Made by a program: the position numbers and the translations under genes. A model generated the notes under the pieces. It ran no database searches. It saw only the letters and a list, made by a program, of their open reading frames with translations, and had not been told where the DNA came from. Of a stretch of DNA of 63,657 bases, positions 34,866-44,485 are shown one piece after another. The stretch comes from Clostridia bacterium (GTDB taxonomy: Bacteria > Bacillota > Clostridia > RUG12999): the NCBI GenBank assembly GCA_045577655.1, contig JAZNIU010000003.1, positions 1 through 63,657 of the forward strand, written 5' to 3'. How positions within the stretch are numbered: position 1 is the stretch's first letter; each line of letters opens with the position of its first letter.

Positions 34866-36566
34866 TTATTCTTCAGGGATTTCTGTCTGTATGGTTTCTT
34901 CTTCCGGCTCTTCGGGAAGAGATTCTCGGCTTTCTTCTTCCGGCTCTTCGGACGGAGCTTCGTTTTCCTCTGCCATTTCCCCTTCTGTTGTTTCCGCACC
35001 CGTTTCCTCTGCGACCGGCCCTCTTCTAATTGTTTTATCTATTTTTTTGTATCTGCTTGTTGACACATGCACAGTCTCAACAAGTGCGCCATCTTTATAA
35101 ATATGTTTATATGTCTGGATAACATAACCGGTTTTTCCGGCATAGTCCACAACTTCTTTTCCCGGCTCTAAAGTTTCATCCTCCTCATAAACTGTTTCGG
35201 GATGAAGCACCGCAGAAGTTACATTTTCTATTTGCACGGTAACCGACGGGTCAACCTTTTTACCCAAAAGTTTTATATACACACCTTTGTTGTCACTTGA
35301 CGCTACAACCTTGACAGGTTCATTGGTGTTATTTCTAAATCTGAAATCTATTTCTCCGCTTGCAACGGTAGCATCCTGCCCTAAAGGAACATACGCAACC
35401 GTTAAAGAGTGGGCATATCTTTTAACAATTTCAAGATTTGCATTAAGTACTGCACTGTAAAGTGCAGAAGAAACCTGGCACACCCCGCCGCCGATATCCT
35501 TTAAAATTTTTCCGTTGGCATAAACATTTGCACTTTTGTAGCCGCCGGCAACAGTTATGGGTTCAACATAGCTGAGATATGCAAAAATGTCGCCCGGGTT
35601 AATAACCACCCCGTTTATTTTGTTCGCAGCAAGATGAACATTGTTTAATCTGTTACTGTCCTGGTCAGTTATTTTGGAAGTGTATTGTGCAAGAACCTCT
35701 GTAAAAAGTCCTGTTTCGTCAAGGACTGTATTATCGGGGGTTATAACCTCCGGCAGAAAATAGAAATTATCGTTTACCCCTTTATTTTCTTTTATTGCCG
35801 CTTCAAGCTCTTTTTTATCGAACCTATATCCGTTCTGTGCTTTTACAATATACTTTTTCCCGTCTTTTTCTTCGTGGCTTGTATTAACAGGTGCAACCGC
35901 TATTTTTTCGTGAATTTCATCAACATCAAACTCTTTCGGCTGAGCAAAAACAATTTCAAGAGATATTTCTCCGCTTTCGCCGCTTGTTAAAAATTCTGTT
36001 ATACCGGTTAAGAGTTTGTCATAGTCAACAAAGTTTCCGGCATTGCCAAAAACAAGTTTTAACTTGTCTTCTTCCATAAAATAATAGTCGTCTGTTTTTG
36101 GGTTTTCCACCTGAGATACTATGTCATGTGTAAACTGTTCGATATATTGTCCGTTAACCGAAGGAATAAGTAAAATGTTCTTTCTGTCAAATTTGCTTAC
36201 TACACGCTCTGCAGCAGCTAAAAGAACGTTTTTGTTTCTGCCTATGTCATACGCTTTTTCAACCGTACTCTGAATATCATAGCCGGTCATGGCATCAGAA
36301 AAATTAATGCTGTAATCTTTTCCGTCAAAATGAACGGTTATCTGCTCGTCCGGCACTTGTTTCTCGTTCTTTGCGCTTAATGCTTCAACCGCCTCTTCAA
36401 CTGACATACCGCTTACCGGAACACCTTCTATTGATATTCCGCTTGCAATTCCCTCTGTCGGCCATGCCAATGCCGCTATAACAAGGACAATTGCAAGAAA
36501 AGCTCCTGCCAAAGAAAAAACAAGCTTTTTATTTATGCTCTTTTTTTCTTCTATTTTCTCACTCAT
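34866..36566 (-). CDS. VanW family protein with C-terminal G5 domain and acidic tail
   Basis: An N-terminal TM anchor is followed by the VanW core (GGGVCQVSSALY...) and a G5-like segment (PETVYEEDETLEPGKEVVDYAGKTGYVI..Y). The protein ends in a Glu/Pro-rich tail. Start is at MSEKIEE (GGAGG 8 nt upstream). The track ORF adds 5 codons. Confidence 0.8.
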   Translation of the reverse strand: MSEKIEEKKSINKKLVFSLAGAFLAIVLVIAALAWPTEGIASGISIEGVPVSGMSVEEAVEALSAKNEKQVPDEQITVHFDGKDYSINFSDAMTGYDIQSTVEKAYDIGRNKNVLLAAAERVVSKFDRKNILLIPSVNGQYIEQFTHDIVSQVENPKTDDYYFMEEDKLKLVFGNAGNFVDYDKLLTGITEFLTSGESGEISLEIVFAQPKEFDVDEIHEKIAVAPVNTSHEEKDGKKYIVKAQNGYRFDKKELEAAIKENKGVNDNFYFLPEVITPDNTVLDETGLFTEVLAQYTSKITDQDSNRLNNVHLAANKINGVVINPGDIFAYLSYVEPITVAGGYKSANVYANGKILKDIGGGVCQVSSALYSAVLNANLEIVKRYAHSLTVAYVPLGQDATVASGEIDFRFRNNTNEPVKVVASSDNKGVYIKLLGKKVDPSVTVQIENVTSAVLHPETVYEEDETLEPGKEVVDYAGKTGYVIQTYKHIYKDGALVETVHVSTSRYKKIDKTIRRGPVAEETGAETTEGEMAEENEAPSEEPEEESRESLPEEPEEETIQTEIPEE

Positions 36567-36598
36567 AAATTTTTCCTCCAAACAACTAATATATATGA

Positions 36599-37162
36599 TT
36601 AAAGTTTTTCAATAATTACAGCAATCGGCGGACAGTTGGGACGGTTGGTATAATCCATCACAATCACAGTATATTTTTTATAGTCTATTTCTTTGAAATA
36701 TTCCATAATTTCGTTTTTCTCGTCAAAACCCGAATCGCCGCCATAATAGACGCCGATGGTTATAACTCCGCCTTTTTTAAGAAGCTTAAGCGAGCTTTCT
36801 ATTGCCTGTTTGGTAGTCTCTGCCATCGTGGCAACAGAATGGTCTCCCCCTGGAAGATATCCCAGATTGAACATCACCGCAGAAACCTCGCCATCCACAT
36901 ATTTTTCAATGTTCTGGTGGCCGTCAAGTATCAGTTTTGTGTTGCCTGAAGCATTGTTCTTTTTCAAAAGCTCGGTTGTCTTTTCTATAGCCTGTTTTTG
37001 TATGTCAAAAGCATACACCTTTCCGCTTTCTCCCACAAGCCGGGATAAAAACAGGGTGTCGTTTCCGTTGCCCATTGTAGCGTCAATTACAACATCGCCG
37101 CTGCAAACTGCTTTTTGGGCAAAATGATGGGTGATTTCCAAAACATTTTCAGGTACTGTCAT
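36599..37162 (-). CDS. class I SAM-dependent methyltransferase, YtqB/MnmM-like
   Basis: 187 aa. DATMGNGNDTLFLSRLVGESGKVYAFDIQKQAI resembles B. subtilis YtqB (the tRNA mnm5s2U methyltransferase family). Confidence 0.65.
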   Translation of the reverse strand: MTVPENVLEITHHFAQKAVCSGDVVIDATMGNGNDTLFLSRLVGESGKVYAFDIQKQAIEKTTELLKKNNASGNTKLILDGHQNIEKYVDGEVSAVMFNLGYLPGGDHSVATMAETTKQAIESSLKLLKKGGVITIGVYYGGDSGFDEKNEIMEYFKEIDYKKYTVIVMDYTNRPNCPPIAVIIEKL

Positions 37163-37180
37163 AACCTTTCCTCCGACCCG

Positions 37181-38443
37181 TTAAAGTGGCACGACCGAGG
37201 AAATTGTTATATTTTCAGGTCTTAAAAGTTTTTCAAAAACCTGTTTAATTTCCTTTTCGCCAATACTTCCAAGTATATCAAAAGATTTATAAAAGTCTGT
37301 TCCTGCAACCGTGTTTCTTGCAAGCACGCCTGCATAGTTTTCCGGGTCTTCAAACGCATGGAGTCTCTGACCGAACATTTTTCTTTTTACTCTGTCAAGT
37401 GCTGCAGAATCAAACTTAAACTCTGAAATACCTTTCAGGATTTTTTCTGCCACCGCTTCCGCATTAACCCCCTCATCAGATATTTCAACATAACCATACT
37501 CTTTTTCGGCAGTATAGTCCATTGAAAAAGAAGGTGTTATAAGCCCGTCAGCATAAAGCTTGTTGTAAAGCTTGCTGCTTCTTCCGAGCAGAAGGGAAAG
37601 AGCAACCTTTGCAGCCGCCTGTCTGTTCTGTATGTCATCGCCGAAATCCATCTCTTTAAATCCGATACAGTAAAGAGGAGCGGCAACGCTCATCTTGTTA
37701 ACCGTTTGGGGCACGAAAACTTTATCTGGCTCCTGCGGAACAATTCGTTTTATTTCGGATATTGGTTTTTCGTCCGCTAAAATTCCGTCAAGGAAATTTT
37801 TCATTTCCGCAGGTTCAAAGTCTCCAACAAGACAAAGTGTCATATTGGACGGGTTGTAAAAGGTGTTATAGCATGTATAAAGTGTTTCTTTTGTAATTTC
37901 AGATATGCTTTCCACCGTACCCGCAATGTCTCTTCTTATGGGATGGTTCGCATAAAGACCGCCAAGCATGTTGAAATAACATCTCCAGCCCGGGTCATCA
38001 TCATACATTCTGATTTCCTGGCCGATAATACCCTGTTCTTTTGCAACATTTTCGGCGGTGAAATAGGGTGTCTGCACAAAACTTACAAGTGTTTTTAAAT
38101 TTTCTTTAAAGTTTTGTGTGCACCAGAAATAATATGCCGTCATATTAAAACTTGTATATGCATTTGCATGTGCACCATACTTGCTGAACATATCAAAAAC
38201 CGCTTCTCCGTCCGGTTGTTCAAAAACCTTGTGTTCAAGGAAATGAGCAACGCCGTCCGGAACGGAAACGGGAGTGCTTTCCCCCTTTGGTACAAAAACA
38301 TTTGTTGTTGAACCATAATCGGTAGAGAAATATGCGCAGGATTTCACAAACCCTTTTTTGGGCACCATATATATTTTAAGACCGCTTTTATATATATAGG
38401 TAAACAATGTTTCGTCAAGCTTGTCAAATCTAATTTCTTTCAT
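37181..38443 (-). CDS. M16 family (insulinase-type) zinc peptidase, catalytic subunit
   Basis: 420 aa with the inverted zinc motif HFLEH. Confidence 0.8.
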   Translation of the reverse strand: MKEIRFDKLDETLFTYIYKSGLKIYMVPKKGFVKSCAYFSTDYGSTTNVFVPKGESTPVSVPDGVAHFLEHKVFEQPDGEAVFDMFSKYGAHANAYTSFNMTAYYFWCTQNFKENLKTLVSFVQTPYFTAENVAKEQGIIGQEIRMYDDDPGWRCYFNMLGGLYANHPIRRDIAGTVESISEITKETLYTCYNTFYNPSNMTLCLVGDFEPAEMKNFLDGILADEKPISEIKRIVPQEPDKVFVPQTVNKMSVAAPLYCIGFKEMDFGDDIQNRQAAAKVALSLLLGRSSKLYNKLYADGLITPSFSMDYTAEKEYGYVEISDEGVNAEAVAEKILKGISEFKFDSAALDRVKRKMFGQRLHAFEDPENYAGVLARNTVAGTDFYKSFDILGSIGEKEIKQVFEKLLRPENITISSVVPL

Positions 38444-39684
38444 CAGTTACCTTTTCCTTTCAGGAAGTATATTGTGTCAAGCCACACTTTTTCGGAAATT
38501 GCCACAATTTCTTCTTTTGTCACCGCTTCTATTTTTAAAATAATTTCCGATATTGTCCGTTTTTTCTCAAGGACATTCTGGCCTGTGTAATGACTGATAA
38601 TTTTGTGAGGTTCGTCCTCCATCGATTTATACAGATTGATGAGCGTCTGTTTTGCGGAAACAATTTCAAAATCGGTTATATTCCCTTTTTTAACCTCGTC
38701 AAACTGAATCAGTATTTCTTCTTTTGTTTTTTCAAAATTGGAAAATTCAATGCCTGCACCAACACTTAAAAAAGATTTATACATGTTGTATTTTGAATAT
38801 GCATAATAAGCAAGACTAAGCTTTTCACGCACATTTGCAAAAAGCTTGGAGTGTGTGCCCCCACCGAAAACAGAATTTAAAAGAAGCATCTTAAAATAGT
38901 CGTCGCTGCTTGGGTCTATGTCTGCCTTAAATCCCATCACAAGTTTTCCCTGGTTAATTTCCTGCTCTTCAAAAACCGTTTTCAGCTTATCTTTTCTGTT
39001 TTTCCAGTTATTTTCGGGGATTTCCCCTACAGATTTTACATTTTCAAATATGGTTTTAACTGCATCTGCCCGGCAGTTTCCTGACAGAAAAAGGGAAATG
39101 CAGCTGTTTTCTATAATATTATCATAATGCTCTTTAAGATTTTCTGCAGTAATCTTTTCAAGTTCACTGGTGCTTCCAAGTTCAAAAGCAGCGTATGGCG
39201 TACCATCATACATAATTTCACTGCATCTTACAGTAGCATACTCTCTTTTGTCGTTAAAAAGAGCTTCTATTGTGTTTTTAAGATTGTTTTTGTCAATTTC
39301 AACAATTTCATCGCGGAAAGATTTTTCGGATGCATCGGGGTTAAACACAATCTCATATAAAAGCTCTGCCGCTTTTTTAAGACTGTTTTCGCCTGTGTAT
39401 TTGTCCGACGGCAAGGAAAGATGAAAGCTTATAATCTGAACATCTCCGCATTTGCGCACTTCTGCTCCCAAAACTGCGCCATATAACATTTCAAATTCCG
39501 ATTCAAGCTTTATCTTATCGTTATATTTTTTGCATGTATGTTTAAGCACTCTTGCAAGAAGTGCGTTTTTCGCAGCTTCCTTTCCCATTGGTCTGTATAT
39601 ACTGAGACTGAGCAGAACTGTCTTGAATTTTTCCTGCGGAATATGGGTGAGAACAATTCCGCCTTTTAAGTTATGGGTTATCAT
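38443..39684 (-). CDS. M16 family peptidase-like protein, non-catalytic partner
   Basis: 413 aa with the same fold and size but no HxxEH motif. It overlaps the downstream M16 gene by 1 nt. Confidence 0.7.
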   Translation of the reverse strand: MITHNLKGGIVLTHIPQEKFKTVLLSLSIYRPMGKEAAKNALLARVLKHTCKKYNDKIKLESEFEMLYGAVLGAEVRKCGDVQIISFHLSLPSDKYTGENSLKKAAELLYEIVFNPDASEKSFRDEIVEIDKNNLKNTIEALFNDKREYATVRCSEIMYDGTPYAAFELGSTSELEKITAENLKEHYDNIIENSCISLFLSGNCRADAVKTIFENVKSVGEIPENNWKNRKDKLKTVFEEQEINQGKLVMGFKADIDPSSDDYFKMLLLNSVFGGGTHSKLFANVREKLSLAYYAYSKYNMYKSFLSVGAGIEFSNFEKTKEEILIQFDEVKKGNITDFEIVSAKQTLINLYKSMEDEPHKIISHYTGQNVLEKKRTISEIILKIEAVTKEEIVAISEKVWLDTIYFLKGKGN

Positions 39685-40501
39685 TCTCGGTCACCTCGTT
39701 TTTTTCCGCTTTATCAAGCATAAACTTTTTAAGTGTCGGATAGGCAAGCATATGCTCAAGCAAACTTTCTGCCGATATAAATATCGCCAGAATAAGCAGA
39801 TAGGACAGATAGCTTGAGAAAAAGAGCAATGCTATTACAGCAACTCTTATAATAAGACTTAAAAGATTAATCGGAATGGTAGCCATTGAAAGCAGATAGG
39901 AGTTTTTATAAAGGGCTGCAATATTAAGCCTGAACGTAACCATCATCTGCCACAAAAAGCTTTGCATAATTACATACAAAACTGTCAAGCATATTACAAC
40001 TGCAAAAAAAACTGCCATCCATTTGTTTGTCTGGGATGCAACAAAATAATATTTTATTGCAAACAGAATTGCTGTCCCTGCAACAGTGTCTATGACAAAG
40101 GCTGCAACAGACTGTTTGAAGTTTTCAAAGGTTTTACCGAAAAAATCGCCTACTGTCCATGCATGTTCCTGTCGTACAAAGTTTCTCAGCACATAACAAA
40201 ACCCTGACTTGAACGGGCTTCCCGAGAAAAATATTACCATAAATGCAGCTATCATCCCGGAAATAGACATAAGTTCTTTCATTGCATCAGAACCCTCTCC
40301 CGGTGTCATAAGTCCACTGACAATTATTAAATAGTATAAAAATGCCGGGATGCCTGTTACTGCATATAAAATGTTGAGAAGAACATAACTTCTCCATTTT
40401 CTTGAAAACAGTTCCCAGTAGAGTGCTGCACCCTTTTTTTCCGGTTCATCTTTTCTTATGCCTACGCCCGGTTTATCATAATTTGGATTAAAAAGTCCCA
40501 T
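39671..40501 (-). CDS. YesL/DUF624 family membrane protein
   Basis: 276 aa. The N-terminus (...ALYWELFSRKWRSYVLLNILYAVTGIPAF) and about 6 TM segments are typical of DUF624. Confidence 0.6.
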   Translation of the reverse strand: MGLFNPNYDKPGVGIRKDEPEKKGAALYWELFSRKWRSYVLLNILYAVTGIPAFLYYLIIVSGLMTPGEGSDAMKELMSISGMIAAFMVIFFSGSPFKSGFCYVLRNFVRQEHAWTVGDFFGKTFENFKQSVAAFVIDTVAGTAILFAIKYYFVASQTNKWMAVFFAVVICLTVLYVIMQSFLWQMMVTFRLNIAALYKNSYLLSMATIPINLLSLIIRVAVIALLFFSSYLSYLLILAIFISAESLLEHMLAYPTLKKFMLDKAEKNEVTENDNP

Positions 40502-40526
40502 TTGTTTCGTCCTTTCGAGGTTTTAT

Positions 40527-41153
40527 TTAAGATAGTCTGTTAATCAAAAAGTTTGTTTCAAAGAAATATTTTGCAAGGTAGGAGCTGTTAAGGCTGTTTG
40601 CTATCCAGCTTCCGCTTCCGTTACCCATAAAGACAGTTAAAAGGGCAGCAACAACAAAACAACCTATAACACCTATAATAAGTCCAAGCAGTGCTCCCAC
40701 AAGTCCGTTAGCCTGCTTTATGACCGGCAGTTTTGCCGTTGCGTTTAAAAGTTTGAACAAAATGCTGACAAGCAGTTTAATTATAACTATAAACATTAAA
40801 ATAATGAATATATAAACAACAGCATCTGCAACCGCACGTGCTATAGCATTATTTCCTTTTTCAAGAAGCTCGCCTGTCAGTATGTATTTTAAAAACTCGG
40901 GAGTTTCCTCTCCGGGCGATATACTGATGGATGGCAAAACTGCATTTGCAATCTTCGCTTTGATTTCAATTATCCATCCGCTCACCTTTGCGTTTGCCTC
41001 TACAAACTTCATAAACGGATTATAAAGAATAAGCGAAGCAACTATGCTTACAAGTGTTGACGATAATCCCAGTGCTGTTTTTATTATGCCTTTTTTCTTT
41101 CCGTAAATTACACTTAATATAATAATGACAACAAAAATTAAATCAAGAATCAT
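40527..41153 (-). CDS. CvpA family membrane protein
   Basis: 208 aa. The N-terminus MILDLIFVVIIILSVIYGKKKGIIKT is typical of the colicin V production protein family. Confidence 0.7.
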   Translation of the reverse strand: MILDLIFVVIIILSVIYGKKKGIIKTALGLSSTLVSIVASLILYNPFMKFVEANAKVSGWIIEIKAKIANAVLPSISISPGEETPEFLKYILTGELLEKGNNAIARAVADAVVYIFIILMFIVIIKLLVSILFKLLNATAKLPVIKQANGLVGALLGLIIGVIGCFVVAALLTVFMGNGSGSWIANSLNSSYLAKYFFETNFLINRLS

Positions 41154-41162
41154 TTGAGCCTC

Positions 41163-42320
41163 CTATTTCATTGTTACTATCTCAACAAAACCGCCTTTAT
41201 CGAACATAACTTTATGTCCTTTTTTATATAAAATTCCACCGTACATATCTTTGTCAGAAGTAATTCTGTCTCTGAGTCTGCCCGATTTGTTTATAAGTTC
41301 TGCTTTGTTTAAAGAGGTTATCAGTATTCTGTTTTTGTTGGTGCTGATATTCTGAATATCATCTTCAAATATATATTCGCACTGTTTTCTTCCGTTGGAT
41401 GTGAAAGAATATACCTGATATTCTTTGTCAAGAGAAGACATTCCAAGAGCTATTACTATGTTGTTTTTATCCTGCGCGCAAAAAGCAGTGAGCTGTCTGC
41501 CGTCATAGTCAAACTCCCATTTGTCTGCACCTCTGCCGTTTAAAGCACACAGCATTTTGTCTCCGACAACAACAAGAGTGTTGTTGTCGGTCCAGCTGAG
41601 CGAAGAAATAAAATTATCTCCCGTTGACTTTTCAGCAAAAGGTGCTCCGCCTTTTTCCGTTTCAAACATCATTATACTGCATTCAAGCTTTTTTCCGCCG
41701 GTATATACCACAGAAACCGCAAGCTTTTTTCCGTCGGGCGAAAGAGCCGCATCAAGAAGGTTGCAGGTGCCTGCATTCCACTCAAAAAGCGCCTCTCCCC
41801 TTTTTGAATAAACGGTAGCATTTCCGTTATATGTTTTTTTATCTGTCAGTACAACTATTTTCCCACTTTTTGAAATCTTTAAGTTGTTAATTCTGTTTTC
41901 AGTTTTAAAATCTGTTATTTTCCCTCTCTTGTCCACGACAAAAACTGCATTTTTCCCGTTAGGTGCAAAAGCAATCAGGTTGCCCGCTGAATCCATTGCG
42001 GGAGAGTCCACCGTCATTCCCACCGAAAACTTTTCTCTTCCTTTTTTGTCAAACACGACAAGCCCTGTTTTTCCCATAAAAGCCACATGTTTGTCACCAA
42101 AACTTTTTATCTGGTGTTCTCCCATGTCAATCTGGGTAATTTTATAAACAGTATTGTCAAGTTTTGGAAAAAAGGAAACAACTTCGTTCCACTGCGAGAT
42201 TATAAGTGATAAAATTACGGCAACCGCCAAAAGCGTTAATTTTTTTGCCATATTTAAAGATTCTTTTTTTATGTGCTCTGCTCGAAACTTTATTATTTTC
42301 TTTTCTTTGACCGGTGCCAT
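41163..42320 (-). CDS. membrane-anchored beta-propeller-like protein (DUF5711-like)
   Basis: One TM anchor (LTLLAVAVILSLIISQW) is followed by repetitive beta-strand-rich sequence. Start is at MAPVKEK (GAGGTGA RBS), just after the thiN stop. Confidence 0.5.
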   Translation of the reverse strand: MAPVKEKKIIKFRAEHIKKESLNMAKKLTLLAVAVILSLIISQWNEVVSFFPKLDNTVYKITQIDMGEHQIKSFGDKHVAFMGKTGLVVFDKKGREKFSVGMTVDSPAMDSAGNLIAFAPNGKNAVFVVDKRGKITDFKTENRINNLKISKSGKIVVLTDKKTYNGNATVYSKRGEALFEWNAGTCNLLDAALSPDGKKLAVSVVYTGGKKLECSIMMFETEKGGAPFAEKSTGDNFISSLSWTDNNTLVVVGDKMLCALNGRGADKWEFDYDGRQLTAFCAQDKNNIVIALGMSSLDKEYQVYSFTSNGRKQCEYIFEDDIQNISTNKNRILITSLNKAELINKSGRLRDRITSDKDMYGGILYKKGHKVMFDKGGFVEIVTMK

Positions 42321-42324
42321 TTTC

Positions 42325-42948
42325 TCACCTCTTTGTTTTAATCGCAACAAGTGTACCTTTTTTTATGTTTATCTCTGCTTGGTCTGCCAGAAATTCATTG
42401 CTTATTCCAATTGTATGTCCTATCTTAAGGTTTTTTTCCAACAGCGGATATTTAAGTCCCGAAAGAGTAACCCCTACGGCTTCCTGTTCTACAGGGACAA
42501 GAGACAAAATGTCTCCTTTTTTTCCGTTGACCATTCTTCTGCCCTTTACAAGAAAAATTTCTGTATTATCATCAACCAAAGTGAGATTAACACCTTTTTC
42601 TTCAGCGTAAATCAATAGCATTATATTTGCAAGTTCGTGGTCATATCTTCCGCCAAGCGCAGCTATTACAACTGCGCTGGTAAACCCTTTCTCTGCAAGA
42701 TAATCAATACACACCTGTGTATCAGTTTCATCTTTTTCACATTTAAGAGTTATCTTTTTAACAGATTCATCTATTCTGGAATTGACCGAGTCCATATCGC
42801 CTATAACAATTTCAGGGACAACCCCTGCAGAAAGTGCATTGTCATATCCGCTATCAGCACATATAACAAAATCGTCCTTGCCGATTATTTCCTGAATATT
42901 TAATTTTTCCGGCATCACGCCGCCTGCAAAAATTACACCTTTTTTCAT
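42325..42948 (-). CDS. thiN: thiamine diphosphokinase
   Basis: IFAGG....ADSGY...GDMDS...KDETD...GGRYDH motifs. Start is at MKKGVIF, overlapping the rpe stop (TAATG). Confidence 0.85.
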   Translation of the reverse strand: MKKGVIFAGGVMPEKLNIQEIIGKDDFVICADSGYDNALSAGVVPEIVIGDMDSVNSRIDESVKKITLKCEKDETDTQVCIDYLAEKGFTSAVVIAALGGRYDHELANIMLLIYAEEKGVNLTLVDDNTEIFLVKGRRMVNGKKGDILSLVPVEQEAVGVTLSGLKYPLLEKNLKIGHTIGISNEFLADQAEINIKKGTLVAIKTKR

Positions 42949-43598
42949 TATTTTGCACATTTAAGTGCTTTAACCGCACTTTCTATATCGCTTGCGCCGA
43001 AAACGCTGCTTCCCGCAACAAGAACGTTTGCCCCGGCTTTAACTGCAAGAGGAGCATTTTCTGCGTTAATTCCGCCGTCTATTTCAATGTCGAAATCTTC
43101 TCCCATATATTCTCTCAAAGCTGTAACTTTCGGCAAGATTCTTTCGATAAATTTCTGTCCGCCAAAGCCCGGATAAACGCTCATAAACAATACCATATCC
43201 GACATTTTTGCATACTCAAAGTAGGGTTCTATATATGTATCGGGTTTAATAACTATTCCTGCTTTTATACCAAAGCTTTTAATTTTTTCAAGACATTCTT
43301 TAACGTTGCTTCTTGCTTCTACGTGTATGGTAATCATATCCGCACCCGCTTTAGCAAACGGTTCAATATATTCTATCGGATTGTCCAACATAAGATGAAC
43401 ATCAAAAAACAGCTTTGTGTGCGGTCTGAGTGCTGTGAGCAGATGAGGTCCAAAAGACAGATTTGGCACAAAATGTCCGTCCATAATGTCTATATGCAAC
43501 CACTCTGCCCCCGCTTTTTCGGCTGCTAAAACATCTTTTTTAAGATTACACATATCGGCCGCCAGAACAGACGGCGCTACAATTATTTCTTTTCCCAT
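42948..43598 (-). CDS. rpe: ribulose-phosphate 3-epimerase
   Basis: 216 aa with APSVLAAD, HIDIMDGHFVPN and GGI motifs. Confidence 0.95.
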   Translation of the reverse strand: MGKEIIVAPSVLAADMCNLKKDVLAAEKAGAEWLHIDIMDGHFVPNLSFGPHLLTALRPHTKLFFDVHLMLDNPIEYIEPFAKAGADMITIHVEARSNVKECLEKIKSFGIKAGIVIKPDTYIEPYFEYAKMSDMVLFMSVYPGFGGQKFIERILPKVTALREYMGEDFDIEIDGGINAENAPLAVKAGANVLVAGSSVFGASDIESAVKALKCAK

Positions 43599-44485
43599 TT
43601 TTTTATTTCTCCTAACTGTTTGTATATTTCTTTATAACTTTCATATCTGAGAAGTCCTATCTCTCCTGCTTCAACCGCCTCTTTGACGCGGCAACCCGGT
43701 TCATTTACATGGCTGCAGTCACGGAAATTGCATCCTGTAGCACACTTTTCAATTTCCGGGAAATAAAGGTATAGGTCTTCTTTATCAATATCAACAATTT
43801 CGGACAGTATAAGTTCGGAAAACCCGGGCGTATCTGCTATATATCCACCAAAAGGAAGTTTTAAAAGAGTAACTTCCCGTGTTGTATGTTTCCCTCTTCT
43901 TATTTTACTGCTGACTTCACCCGTTTCAAGAGAATATGACGGCAACAGTCTGTTTAAAATGCTTGACTTTCCAACACCGGAACATCCTGTAAACACCGAA
44001 ATCTTATCTTTCATATCTTCCATCAGCTGAGCTGTCCCCTCGCCTGTTGCAGCGCAAACCGGATATACTTTGAACCCGGTTTTCTGGTAGCTTTCCATAA
44101 TTTCAGCAGTATTTTCGTTTTCAAGATCCATTTTGTTGATTACAATACACGGCTTTGCATTTCCTCTTAAAGCCGCAACCGTCAGCTTGTCTATCAAAGA
44201 GGTTATAGGGTCGGGTTGCTGCGCAGCAAAAACAATGAACATATTGTCAACGTTTGCAACCGGAGGACGTATGAACGAATTGGTCCTGGGCAAAATCTTT
44301 TCCACATACCCTTTAAAATCAGGCATGGTTGAAATTTCGCACAAATCACCGGCAAGCGGCGTCATCTTTTCTTTTCTGAACAGTCCTCTTGCTTTACATT
44401 CGTATAATCCCTCGGCAGTTTCAACATAGTAGAACCCGCCTATTCCTTTTATAATTCTTCCCTGCATATACGGTCTTCCATCCAT
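43583..44485 (-). CDS. rsgA: ribosome small subunit-dependent GTPase A
   Basis: OB fold (GRIIKGIGGFYYV), a circularly permuted GTPase (NKMDL ... GCSGVGKSS) and a Zn finger (CNFRDCSHVNEPGC). Confidence 0.92.
   Translation of the reverse strand: MDGRPYMQGRIIKGIGGFYYVETAEGLYECKARGLFRKEKMTPLAGDLCEISTMPDFKGYVEKILPRTNSFIRPPVANVDNMFIVFAAQQPDPITSLIDKLTVAALRGNAKPCIVINKMDLENENTAEIMESYQKTGFKVYPVCAATGEGTAQLMEDMKDKISVFTGCSGVGKSSILNRLLPSYSLETGEVSSKIRRGKHTTREVTLLKLPFGGYIADTPGFSELILSEIVDIDKEDLYLYFPEIEKCATGCNFRDCSHVNEPGCRVKEAVEAGEIGLLRYESYKEIYKQLGEIKKWEKK

Noticed and set aside
34895-34951. A 21-nt perfect direct repeat TTTCTTCTTCCGGCTCTTCGG occurs twice, 36 nt apart.
   Set aside because: It lies inside the acidic Glu/Pro-rich C-terminal tail of the VanW/G5 protein (..PEEPEEE.. 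twice). This is a low-complexity coding repeat, not a regulatory or mobile element.
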